In this document: in pieces, positions 1 to 7,213 of the stretch
Layout: each line of letters begins with the position of its first letter
Position numbering within the stretch: position 1 is the stretch's first letter
NCBI GenBank assembly: GCA_964433385.1
Contig: CAYSRK010000298.1
Location: 1 to 24,267 of the forward strand
DNA from: an uncultured Spirochaetales bacterium
GTDB lineage: Bacteria > Spirochaetota > Spirochaetia > JABMQR01
Reading direction: 5' to 3'
DNA length: 24,267 bases
Notes under the pieces: model-generated
The model's database searches: none
Seen by the model: only the letters and a program-made list of their open reading frames with translations
Told to the model about the DNA's origin: nothing
Program-made: the position numbers and the translations under genes

Positions 1-2
1 GG

Positions 3-353
3 TTCTACGAAGGCTGGGCTTTCAGCATCAACCGCTACACCGATGTGCCGGATGCCGCCCTGAAGGTGCTTGAGGTGATGTTCGACTTCCCGGTCCAGAA
101 GCTTTTCAACCTCTCCCAGGGGCCGCTGCAGGCGCATGTGGATGTCTATTCAGACCCGGACGTGCTGGCGAACAACCCCAACATGGATATCATCTATGAT
201 GTGGCCGTCACGGCAAAGCCGCCGCTCCCCTCACCGAACTATGTGGAAATCTCCGATATTCTCCGGCGCCAGATCCACAGCGTCCTGACCGGACAGAGCC
301 AGCCGAAGGCAGCGCTTGATCAGGCTGCGAAGGAAATCAACGCCATCAGGTAG
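3..353 (+). CDS. ABC transporter extracellular solute-binding protein (carbohydrate/CUT1 type), C-terminal part; 5'-truncated by the window
   Basis: The frame is open from position 3 (FYEGWAFSINRYTDVPDAALKVLEVM...). The C-terminus PxSPNYVEISDILRRQIHSVLTGQSQPKAALDQAAKEIN is typical of family-1 sugar-binding proteins, and two permeases follow. Confidence 0.85.
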   Translation, partial: FYEGWAFSINRYTDVPDAALKVLEVMFDFPVQKLFNLSQGPLQAHVDVYSDPDVLANNPNMDIIYDVAVTAKPPLPSPNYVEISDILRRQIHSVLTGQSQPKAALDQAAKEINAIR

Positions 354-396
354 AGGTACTACGGTATTTTTAAGCAGAACTTGCGGAATAATTGAG

Positions 397-424
397 GCAC
401 ATGCCCCCGAATCGGGGGCTGTGC
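397..424 (+). other. GC-rich stem-loop between the binding-protein and permease genes (likely mRNA stabiliser or attenuator)
   Basis: GCACA-T-GCCCCCG-AAT-CGGGGGC-TGTGC; no U-tract follows. Confidence 0.55.
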
Positions 425-478
425 TGTATACTTCTGCAGTGAAAAGAACAGGCGGACTGCAGCAGGAGGAGTACGGAC

Positions 479-1642
479 ATGCTATCTGATAATGTAGCTG
501 TGTCCCTGTTGGGGATCATTGCAGCGTTTTTTGGAATATATCTCCTTCTGGCTATGGGGATAACGATGCTCAGGCGGGCCGCAGCCCTCTCGGGCGGCAG
601 CGGGGCGCTCAAAGCGGCAGTCGTTGCTGACGGGGCGCTCTATATCCTCGCCCTTGCAGGATTTCTCATCCGTCCCCGTATCGCCTTCTATCCCGCCGCA
701 GCAGCAATAGCACTCAGTTTTATTCTTGGAGCAGCGCTGCGCAAACGCACTTCCGGCCGTACGCTCACCGAGCATGAGCTGGGAATCTTTTTTCTGCTGC
801 CCGCCTTCCTGGGCGTAATTGCCCTCTACTACTACCCGATTACCCAGACGCTCATCTACAGCCTGCATGATATGAAGTACTCGGCTGACTGGACACAGAG
901 TGCCTTCATCTGGTTCAAGAACTACGCGTACGCCTTTGAGTCGGAGAATTTCCGCAGAGCCTTCGGCTTTACCGGCTACTTCACTCTGGGGACGGTTACG
1001 CTGAGCTTTCTTCTCGGGCTGGGCATGGCGCTTACCTCCTACTGGATAAAGGGCACCTTCAGCAGCTTCGTCAAGGCAGTCATCGTTATCCCGTGGGCTA
1101 TTCCTATGATCATAACCGCCTCCATCTGGCGCTGGCTCCTCAACGCGGAAGTCGGCCCTGTCGCCCTGCTGCGGCAGTGGGGGATTATTGATCAGGTTCC
1201 CGTATTTCTCTCCGATCCGCTGCTGGCCGTCCACAGCGTCATCCTTGCAGACGCCTGGAAGTGGGCTCCTCTTGTGGCGATCTTCCTCATCGGCGCCCTG
1301 GCCACCATCCCGGAGGAGATGTTCGATGCGGCGAAGGTGGACGGAGCCGGTGCTTTTCGGAGATTCAGATCGATCACCCTTCCCATGATAGCCCCGACAA
1401 TTTTTGTTGTACTGATGTTCAGGACCATGGAAGCGCTGCGGATTTTCGATATTGTCTACGGCATGACCGGAGGCGGACCGGGGATAGCAACCGAAACGCT
1501 GAGCACCTTTTCCTACAAGTACTACTTCTCCTATTCCCGCTTCGGTACAGGATCGGCATACGCCATGGTTGTATTTGTCATCATTTTGCTGTTCAGCTTT
1601 CTGTATGTGAACAGAATGTATAAAAATCTGAGGTTCCGCTGA
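479..1642 (+). CDS. Carbohydrate ABC transporter permease (MalF/UgpA-like) with an extra hydrophobic N-terminal extension
   Basis: RBS AGGAGGAG upstream; many TM segments; EAA-like loop ALATIPEEMFDAAKVDGAGAFRRFRSITLP. Confidence 0.93.
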   Translation: MLSDNVAVSLLGIIAAFFGIYLLLAMGITMLRRAAALSGGSGALKAAVVADGALYILALAGFLIRPRIAFYPAAAAIALSFILGAALRKRTSGRTLTEHELGIFFLLPAFLGVIALYYYPITQTLIYSLHDMKYSADWTQSAFIWFKNYAYAFESENFRRAFGFTGYFTLGTVTLSFLLGLGMALTSYWIKGTFSSFVKAVIVIPWAIPMIITASIWRWLLNAEVGPVALLRQWGIIDQVPVFLSDPLLAVHSVILADAWKWAPLVAIFLIGALATIPEEMFDAAKVDGAGAFRRFRSITLPMIAPTIFVVLMFRTMEALRIFDIVYGMTGGGPGIATETLSTFSYKYYFSYSRFGTGSAYAMVVFVIILLFSFLYVNRMYKNLRFR

Positions 1643-2496
1643 TGAACAGTGCCGCTACACATCGTCTGAAAAGAAAGGCTGACAAGGTGCTCTCCCATAT
1701 TACCGGGCTGCTGATTGTTCTCTTCTGTATCGGTCCGCTGCTGTGGATACTCACCACATCCTTCAAGCCCATGGGAGCTGAATTTCAGACCCCGATTGAG
1801 CTGTTTCCCTCCAAGCCCTCACTGCAGGCCTACCGGACGGTGCTTGTGGACCTCAAGTTCTACAGCCCGATTCTCAACAGCTTTATCGTTTCCTCCGCGA
1901 TAACCGTGCTCGGATTGTTCGTTGCGGCGCTTTCTGCCTACGCGATAGCCAGACTGCGCATCAAGTACAAGATTCAGTCGCTCTTCCTGCTCCAGATAGG
2001 AGCCATGATTCCCCCGGTCGTCACGATTGCCCCGACGTTCGTGATCATCCGCTCCCTCGGCCTGCTCAGTTCGCTCCCCGGGCTCATTCTTCCCCATATT
2101 TTTTACATGACACCCATCGCAACGTGGCTTCTGGCAACCTACTTCGCTGAAATACCCTTCGAGCTTGATGATAATGCGCGCATCGACGGCTGTACGAACT
2201 TTGAGATTTTCTGGAAGATCATCCTTCCTCTCGGCGCCCCGGGACTCTTCTCAGCTGGAATATTCGCCTTTCTCGGTTCCTGGGGTGAGTTCATGCTTGC
2301 CTCTTCAATCACCATGGGGGTGAAGGGAGTTCAGACGGTTCCGGTAGCCATCCTGAACTTCTCCTTTGAACACAGGACGCAGTGGACCTGGATATCGGCG
2401 GGGATCATGCTGTCCCTAGTACCGATCCTGCTCCTGGTCATACTCTTCCAGAAAAAGGTAATCAGGGGACTGACAGCAGGCGCGGTGAAAGGCTGA
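1642..2496 (+). CDS. Carbohydrate ABC transporter permease (MalG/UgpE-like)
   Basis: TGATG stop/start overlap with the upstream permease; EAA loop IPFELDDNARIDGCTNFEIFWKIILP; C-terminal FQKKVIRGLTAGAVKG. Confidence 0.95.
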   Translation: MNSAATHRLKRKADKVLSHITGLLIVLFCIGPLLWILTTSFKPMGAEFQTPIELFPSKPSLQAYRTVLVDLKFYSPILNSFIVSSAITVLGLFVAALSAYAIARLRIKYKIQSLFLLQIGAMIPPVVTIAPTFVIIRSLGLLSSLPGLILPHIFYMTPIATWLLATYFAEIPFELDDNARIDGCTNFEIFWKIILPLGAPGLFSAGIFAFLGSWGEFMLASSITMGVKGVQTVPVAILNFSFEHRTQWTWISAGIMLSLVPILLLVILFQKKVIRGLTAGAVKG

Positions 2497-2516
2497 GGTG
2501 AAGAAACAGTATCGGG

Positions 2517-3548
2517 CTACGGCGCCGCTGCGGTGGACTTCCTGATAATAAGATCAACCGGAAACTTCTTGACCACCCGATTCTGATACTCACGCTCGAT
2601 CCTCTCAAGAATCAGTTTTCCGGCCTGCATTCCGATACTGTAGGCTGGGGGACCGATGGTAGTCAGCGGCGGGTTGAAGGATTCGCTGCCCGGCTCGTTG
2701 TTGAACCCGATAACCGAAATGTCATCAGGGACCGAGAGTCCGGCAGCGTAGGCGCTTCCGATCACTCCCATCGCCATCGTATCAGTTATCGCAAAGACTA
2801 CTGTGGGACGGGGGTTCAGGCGAAGCAGATCTTCCATGGCATGCCAGCCTCCGGCGGCAGTCCAGTCGCCCTGCCTGAAGTAATCCTGCGGCACATTGAT
2901 GGCAAGCTCGTCCAGGATTCTCCTGATCAGCTCGACCCGCATGCGGGCGTGAACTGACCGTTCATACCCGGTAACTATCCCGAAATTCCGGTGGCCGAGG
3001 TTTATGAGGTGTGAGAAGGCGGTCTTTATGCCGTGGTAGGCGTCTATGAGGAACATGTTGATATGTTCGTGGGGAATATCCCGGTCAATAACCAGCACCT
3101 CCGTGCTGTTTTTGAAGATTTCGAACGGAATGTCATGTTCGCTGCTGCCGACCGAACCGACGTAGACGATTCCGCTGACCCGCTGCCGTACAAGGGCCTT
3201 GCTGATCTCAATCTCCTCAAGCGGATCCTCCTGGGAGCTGCAGATGATGACCTCGTAGGGCGAATCCTTCATGGCGTCGTAAAAACCGCGGGTTATCCGC
3301 GCAAACGCGAGATTTGAGAAGTTCGGGACGACCATTGCAAGGAGATTGCTCTTGGCTGTCTGCAGACCCCGAGCTATCAGGTTGGGATGGTAGTTAAGCG
3401 TCTGAATCGACTCCTGAATCTTCCGGAGGGTTTTCTCTTTCACCTTTTCCGGATGGTTGATCGCCCGCGAGACGGTTGAAGCGTCCACTCCGACACTTGA
3501 TGCGATATCCTTCAGAGTGACCGGGGATGCTGCCTTTCTACTTTTCAT
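2517..3548 (-). CDS. LacI-family transcriptional regulator
   Basis: HTH VTLKDIASSVGVDASTVSRAIN, hinge YHPNLIARGL, periplasmic-binding-like effector domain ending PPLTTI...LIIRKST. Start set at the ATG at 3548 (MKSRK); the ORF-track start at 3590 is possible but less likely. Confidence 0.93.
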   Translation of the reverse strand: MKSRKAASPVTLKDIASSVGVDASTVSRAINHPEKVKEKTLRKIQESIQTLNYHPNLIARGLQTAKSNLLAMVVPNFSNLAFARITRGFYDAMKDSPYEVIICSSQEDPLEEIEISKALVRQRVSGIVYVGSVGSSEHDIPFEIFKNSTEVLVIDRDIPHEHINMFLIDAYHGIKTAFSHLINLGHRNFGIVTGYERSVHARMRVELIRRILDELAINVPQDYFRQGDWTAAGGWHAMEDLLRLNPRPTVVFAITDTMAMGVIGSAYAAGLSVPDDISVIGFNNEPGSESFNPPLTTIGPPAYSIGMQAGKLILERIEREYQNRVVKKFPVDLIIRKSTAAAP

Positions 3549-3670
3549 ACACAGCCTACAAGGAAGAAGATCGTACTGCCGCAGCCGCAAAGCGCTGCCG
3601 GTTTAAACAGGGCGGAACCCCTGCCGCTCAGAGCAGTGCGTAAGACTGCCCTGAATCGTCATAATGATCA

Positions 3671-3699
3671 ATATTACCCGCGGCGGGACTCTTGCGCAA
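3671..3699 (-). promoter_or_regulatory. Predicted sigma70 promoter of the lacI-family gene
   Basis: Minus strand TTGCGC-N17-TAATAT. Confidence 0.55.
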
Positions 3700-3714
3700 T
3701 CCTCTCTGCCGGGT

Positions 3715-4749
3715 TTACCAAATGTAATGTTCGAGCGAACGGACTTTGCAGATCAGCTTCGGAAGCCGGTCGATGGTGACAAAACCCGGGGGCGCGTTTA
3801 TGACGTCCGGGATCCGGTTGACAATCTGGGAACTCGTTCCGAGCAGCGTGGGCGGATTGTCGTTGCGCATATGGATCTCGGGAACCCCCCTGATGTACCA
3901 CTCATTGAAGTCGACCTCGCCCTCATCGTAGGCCCTGCCGGTCATAGTACCCTTGAAGAGAATACCTTCAGCTGTATCGATTTCTATAGTGATATCGAGA
4001 CCGATGACATCCCCGGGAGGAATCATGGTGCCGCGGCTGCGGCAGGGAACGGCGTGGTCTCTCGTAAGCGGCGTGACGATTTTCCGGAAGGCTTTCGGCG
4101 TCAGTCCGAGCTCGGCTATCTGGTTCTCTAGGTCCATCCGCAGAAAGTCGACCTCGTCCCCGATGGGGAACTTCTCGCCCGCATCGATCATCGCCTGGAT
4201 CTCATCCAGCTTGCGGCCGACGGCGTAGAAGCCGGCCACCATCTCTCCAAGCGCGTCGACGTTCACGCTTACCTGTCCCTCGATCGCATCTATCCTCTGC
4301 GAAGCGCCGGTCAGGTGGGTCACAATCGTAGCCCAGAAGATATCCTGCATGCCTGACCCGGTCACGGTCACCCCGTTTTCCTTGGCAATCCGGTCAAGCT
4401 TCGCGGTAACGGTGGGGGAGGCTGTCCAGGGATAGGAGGCTTCCTCTGATGTCGTTATCACATTCAGTCCTGCCTCAAGGCACTTTTTGACATGGGGATA
4501 GATGATATCCATCGATGTGGCAAGAGCCATGAGCGCGATATCGGCTCCCGTCTCCGCCAGGACGGCGTCAACATCATCCCTGATGCATACGTTGAGCTTG
4601 CGGTCAAGCCCGAGCACATCGCCTAAATCCTCGCCCACGTGGGTTATGTCTACAGCATCGGTAATGATGACTCCTTTTTCCAGCATGAACCGGGCAATAT
4701 CCTTGCCTACCGTCCCCGCTCCATATACCAGTGCCTTTACTTTCTCCAT
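3715..4749 (-). CDS. NAD(P)-dependent amine dehydrogenase (native AmDH / 2,4-diaminopentanoate dehydrogenase Ord-like family)
   Basis: N-terminal Rossmann YGAGTVG; ITTSEEASYPW with Glu102; VTVTGSGMQDIFW; C-terminal NDNPPTLLGTSSQIVNRIPDVINAPPGFVT typical of the family; RBS AAGGAG. Confidence 0.8.
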   Translation of the reverse strand: MEKVKALVYGAGTVGKDIARFMLEKGVIITDAVDITHVGEDLGDVLGLDRKLNVCIRDDVDAVLAETGADIALMALATSMDIIYPHVKKCLEAGLNVITTSEEASYPWTASPTVTAKLDRIAKENGVTVTGSGMQDIFWATIVTHLTGASQRIDAIEGQVSVNVDALGEMVAGFYAVGRKLDEIQAMIDAGEKFPIGDEVDFLRMDLENQIAELGLTPKAFRKIVTPLTRDHAVPCRSRGTMIPPGDVIGLDITIEIDTAEGILFKGTMTGRAYDEGEVDFNEWYIRGVPEIHMRNDNPPTLLGTSSQIVNRIPDVINAPPGFVTIDRLPKLICKVRSLEHYIW

Positions 4750-4773
4750 ACTGCTGCTCCTTGGTATGCAAAA

Positions 4774-4787
4774 TACAAACGATTGGA
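4774..4787. promoter_or_regulatory. LacI-type operator O1
   Basis: TACAAACGATTGGA, a pseudo-palindrome with central CG, just downstream of the predicted AmDH -10. Confidence 0.6.
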
Positions 4788-4791
4788 TTTA

Positions 4792-4820
4792 ATAGTACAC
4801 CGTTTGCACGATGATGTCAA
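4792..4820 (-). promoter_or_regulatory. Predicted sigma70 promoter of the amine dehydrogenase; its spacer and -10 overlap operator-like site O2 (4795-4808, GTACACCGTTTGCA)
   Basis: Minus strand TTGACA-N17-TACTAT, near consensus. Confidence 0.75.
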
Positions 4821-4918
4821 ACGAAAAGCGCCCCTGCGCCGCCGTCTTCATAAGGCTAATATTAAGCATTTACATGAAAAACAGTTGTCTGCAAAACAGA
4901 AGAGCATTCGCTGTTTTT

Positions 4919-4948
4919 GCCACCCTGCTCCCTGGAAAGCAGGGTGGC
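4919..4948. repeat. Perfect 11-bp inverted repeat in the divergent promoter region
   Basis: GCCACCCTGCT-CCCTGGAA-AGCAGGGTGGC. Confidence 0.7.
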
Positions 4949-4978
4949 CGGAACACGCTTTTTATGAGCGCTTTCAGT

Positions 4979-5007
4979 TTGTCAAACGAGGGGAAGTGTG
5001 GTATGAT
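4979..5007 (+). promoter_or_regulatory. Predicted sigma70 promoter of the corrinoid protein-mttB-RACo operon
   Basis: TTGTCA-N17-TATGAT with an extended -10 (TGn). Confidence 0.72.
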
Positions 5008-5020
5008 TACCTGAAAAAAA

Positions 5021-5034
5021 AGCAAACGTTTGTA
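5021..5034. promoter_or_regulatory. LacI-type operator O3
   Basis: AGCAAACGTTTGTA with a perfect core CAAACGTTTG, a few nt downstream of the predicted +1. Confidence 0.7.
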
Positions 5035-5082
5035 CAAAGCTTCACCGGTTCCGCTCTGCGGTACGGCGAAGGAGGAGAAGGA

Positions 5083-5733
5083 TTGAAGGAACAGCTGTTT
5101 GCCGAACTGGCAGAAACCGTGCATACTTTTGACAGAGAGCGGGCTGAGAAGCTCGCGTTAGAGAGTATCGCTGCGGGAATAGACCCGTTGGAGACGCTTG
5201 AGGCGCTCACAAAGGCGATACGGGAGATCGGGGACCTCTACGATTCCGGGGAGGTGTTCCTGCCCGAGCTGATAGCCGCCTCAGAGGTAACCTCGGCTGC
5301 ATCGGCCCCGCTGGAAGCGGAAATTGAGCGGTGCAACATGAAGAAGCAGAGCATGGGCCGGGTCGTCATCGGGACGGTGTTCGGCGATATCCATGACATC
5401 GGAAAGAACATGGTTGCGACGCTGCTGCGGGCATCGGGTTTTGATGTGTACGACTGCGGAACGAACGTAAAGTCCGATCTCTTCATAGAGCGCATCCGCA
5501 GGGAACAGGCCGACCTGCTGGCCCTCTCCGCCCTGCTCACCACTACTGCCGAGGAGCAGCGCAGGACCATATCCGCTCTGAAGGAGCAGGGGCTGAGGGA
5601 CACGGTCGGTATCATGGTCGGCGGCGGAGGGATTACAAAGAAGTTTGCCGACGACATCGGGTCTGACGGGTATGCGGCAACCGCCTCAGGAGCGGCAGCG
5701 CTCGCGAAAAAGCTCTTAGGCCTCGCTGACTGA
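5083..5733 (+). CDS. Corrinoid (cobalamin-binding) protein, MttC/MtbC-like
   Basis: N-terminal cap domain; GTVFGDIHDIGKNMV (DxHxxG), SALLTTT, IMVGGG. TTG start at 5083 after AGGAGGAG. The ORF-track extension to 4639 runs through the promoter region and overlaps the AmDH gene. Confidence 0.93.
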   Translation: MKEQLFAELAETVHTFDRERAEKLALESIAAGIDPLETLEALTKAIREIGDLYDSGEVFLPELIAASEVTSAASAPLEAEIERCNMKKQSMGRVVIGTVFGDIHDIGKNMVATLLRASGFDVYDCGTNVKSDLFIERIRREQADLLALSALLTTTAEEQRRTISALKEQGLRDTVGIMVGGGGITKKFADDIGSDGYAATASGAAALAKKLLGLAD

Positions 5734-5770
5734 GGTCTTTGACCGGCAACAGAAAAGAAGGAGTTACGGC

Positions 5771-7213
5771 ATGGGAAGAAGGGGAGTGGAACCGGTTATT
5801 GCCCCGGTTGAGATGCTGAGCGCCGATCAGGCGGAACAGGTGCACCGGGCAACGCTGCGGGTCCTTGAGCGGACCGGGGTGAAGATGGAGCACCCCGAGG
5901 CGCTGAAACTGCTGGGAAGGCACGGCTGCACAGTTGATGGGGAGTCCATGCTGGTGAAGTTTCCTCCGGAACTGGTCGAGGAGTGCCTGAAGCTGGTTCC
6001 CCAGCGCTACACCGTCACTGCCGCGCTTGAGGAACATGCACTGGAGTTCTCCACCGAAAGACTCTACTTTACCCATACCTCGGGCATGCAGTCGGTCGAC
6101 CTTGAGACGATGGAGCAGAAAGTTCCCGACAAGGGAGAGTATATCGAGGCCATTCGGGTCCTTGATGCGCTTGAGACAATCGATATGCTCGGCTGCTACC
6201 CCTACTTCGGGTTTGAGGGAACCGAGTCCAAAATGGAGATCCCGGCCGGGGTGGCGCTCAACCTTACCTACTGCGGAAAGCATCAGGCGGCTGCCTGTTC
6301 CAACGATTCTGAACTGTTCACCTTCCAGATGGCTGAAGCGGCCGGGCAGGAGGTTTCGGCCACAATCGGTTCTTCTCCCCCGCTTACCTGGGGGGAGAAG
6401 GCGATAGAATCGGCCTTCCGCATAGCGAAAGCCGGATATCCTCTCTCCACGGTAGACGGTGCCATGATGGGCGGGACCGGGCCGGCAACCCCCATCGGTT
6501 CGGTGGTTATGAGCAATGCGGAGCAGATGGCCATGATAGTGCTGACTCAGCTGCTCAGTCCGGGGCACCGGATGCTCATAGGCCACTTCTCCGCCCCGTT
6601 GAATATGAGGACCGGGTCCCCCGCCTTCGGTCAGATAGGAGCCTCTATCAGCAACACCCTCTTCAACCAGATGTGGCGCCGCTACCGAATTCCGTTCAGC
6701 AACGGCAGCCCGGGTTACGTCAACGCCAAGACGATCGACTACCAGGCCGGGTATGAGAAGGGGATAGCCGGCATCCTTTCCGGCCTCTCGGGAGCGAGCC
6801 TTATGCTTTTCCACTTCGGTGTCTCAAGCGAAGTCAGCGCCCATCCGCTCCAGGCGGTCCTTGATGACGATGTTGCCCGGATGATAGCGCGCTTTCTGCG
6901 TGGTGAAGAGATCAGCGAGGAGACGATTGCCGAGGAGCTGATCAACGAGGTCGGGCCTATTCCCGGTCACTACCTCAGCCGGCCGCACACGATGAAGTGG
7001 TTCAGGAGAGAACAGTGCATTCCCAAATCAGCCGACACCCTCACCTACGCCGACTGGATTGAGAAGGGTAAAAAAACGGCGAGGGACTATGCCCTTGAGC
7101 GAATGCAGGCCATTCTGGCTGCCCCGGAGAAGATCTATCTCAGTTCCGGTCAGCTTGCCGACATCGAAAAAATACTTGAGGATGCCCGCCGCTACTACAG
7201 GAACCGGGAATGA
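5771..7213 (+). CDS. mttB: Trimethylamine methyltransferase (MttB) superfamily protein, pyrrolysine-free
   Basis: N-terminal LSADQAEQVHRATLRVLERTGV; GPATPIGSVVMSNAE; NAKTIDYQAGYEK; C-terminal INEVGPIPGHYLSRPHT...W; no in-frame TAG; RBS AAGGAG. Confidence 0.88.
   Translation: MGRRGVEPVIAPVEMLSADQAEQVHRATLRVLERTGVKMEHPEALKLLGRHGCTVDGESMLVKFPPELVEECLKLVPQRYTVTAALEEHALEFSTERLYFTHTSGMQSVDLETMEQKVPDKGEYIEAIRVLDALETIDMLGCYPYFGFEGTESKMEIPAGVALNLTYCGKHQAAACSNDSELFTFQMAEAAGQEVSATIGSSPPLTWGEKAIESAFRIAKAGYPLSTVDGAMMGGTGPATPIGSVVMSNAEQMAMIVLTQLLSPGHRMLIGHFSAPLNMRTGSPAFGQIGASISNTLFNQMWRRYRIPFSNGSPGYVNAKTIDYQAGYEKGIAGILSGLSGASLMLFHFGVSSEVSAHPLQAVLDDDVARMIARFLRGEEISEETIAEELINEVGPIPGHYLSRPHTMKWFRREQCIPKSADTLTYADWIEKGKKTARDYALERMQAILAAPEKIYLSSGQLADIEKILEDARRYYRNRE

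Noticed and set aside
404-432. Internal promoter before the first permease (TATACT at 427-432)
   Set aside because: No -35 at a 16-18 nt spacing and no proper extended -10.
3715-4749. Dihydrodipicolinate reductase (dapB)
   Set aside because: It shares only the N-terminal Rossmann domain and lacks the DapB EXHH..K.DAPSGTA motif.
4639-5082. 148-aa N-terminal extension of the corrinoid protein in the ORF track
   Set aside because: It overlaps the AmDH start and runs through both promoters and the operators. A strong SD precedes the TTG at 5083, and homology begins there.
4750-5082. Cobalamin riboswitch upstream of the corrinoid genes
   Set aside because: No B12-box or AGGGAA...GGTG..AATCC..CCGC.ACTGT pattern was seen on either strand. 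The region is explained by two promoters and LacI-type operators.
5633-6814. 393-aa antisense ORF opposite mttB, and similar long shadows at 482-1234, 9776-10540, 11331-12188, 17614-18462 and 18535-19173
   Set aside because: They are antisense shadows of well-supported genes in GC-rich DNA, with no recognisable motifs.
5771-7213. Pyrrolysine read-through in mttB
   Set aside because: There is no in-frame TAG, the equivalent codon is AAG, and no pyl genes lie in the window.
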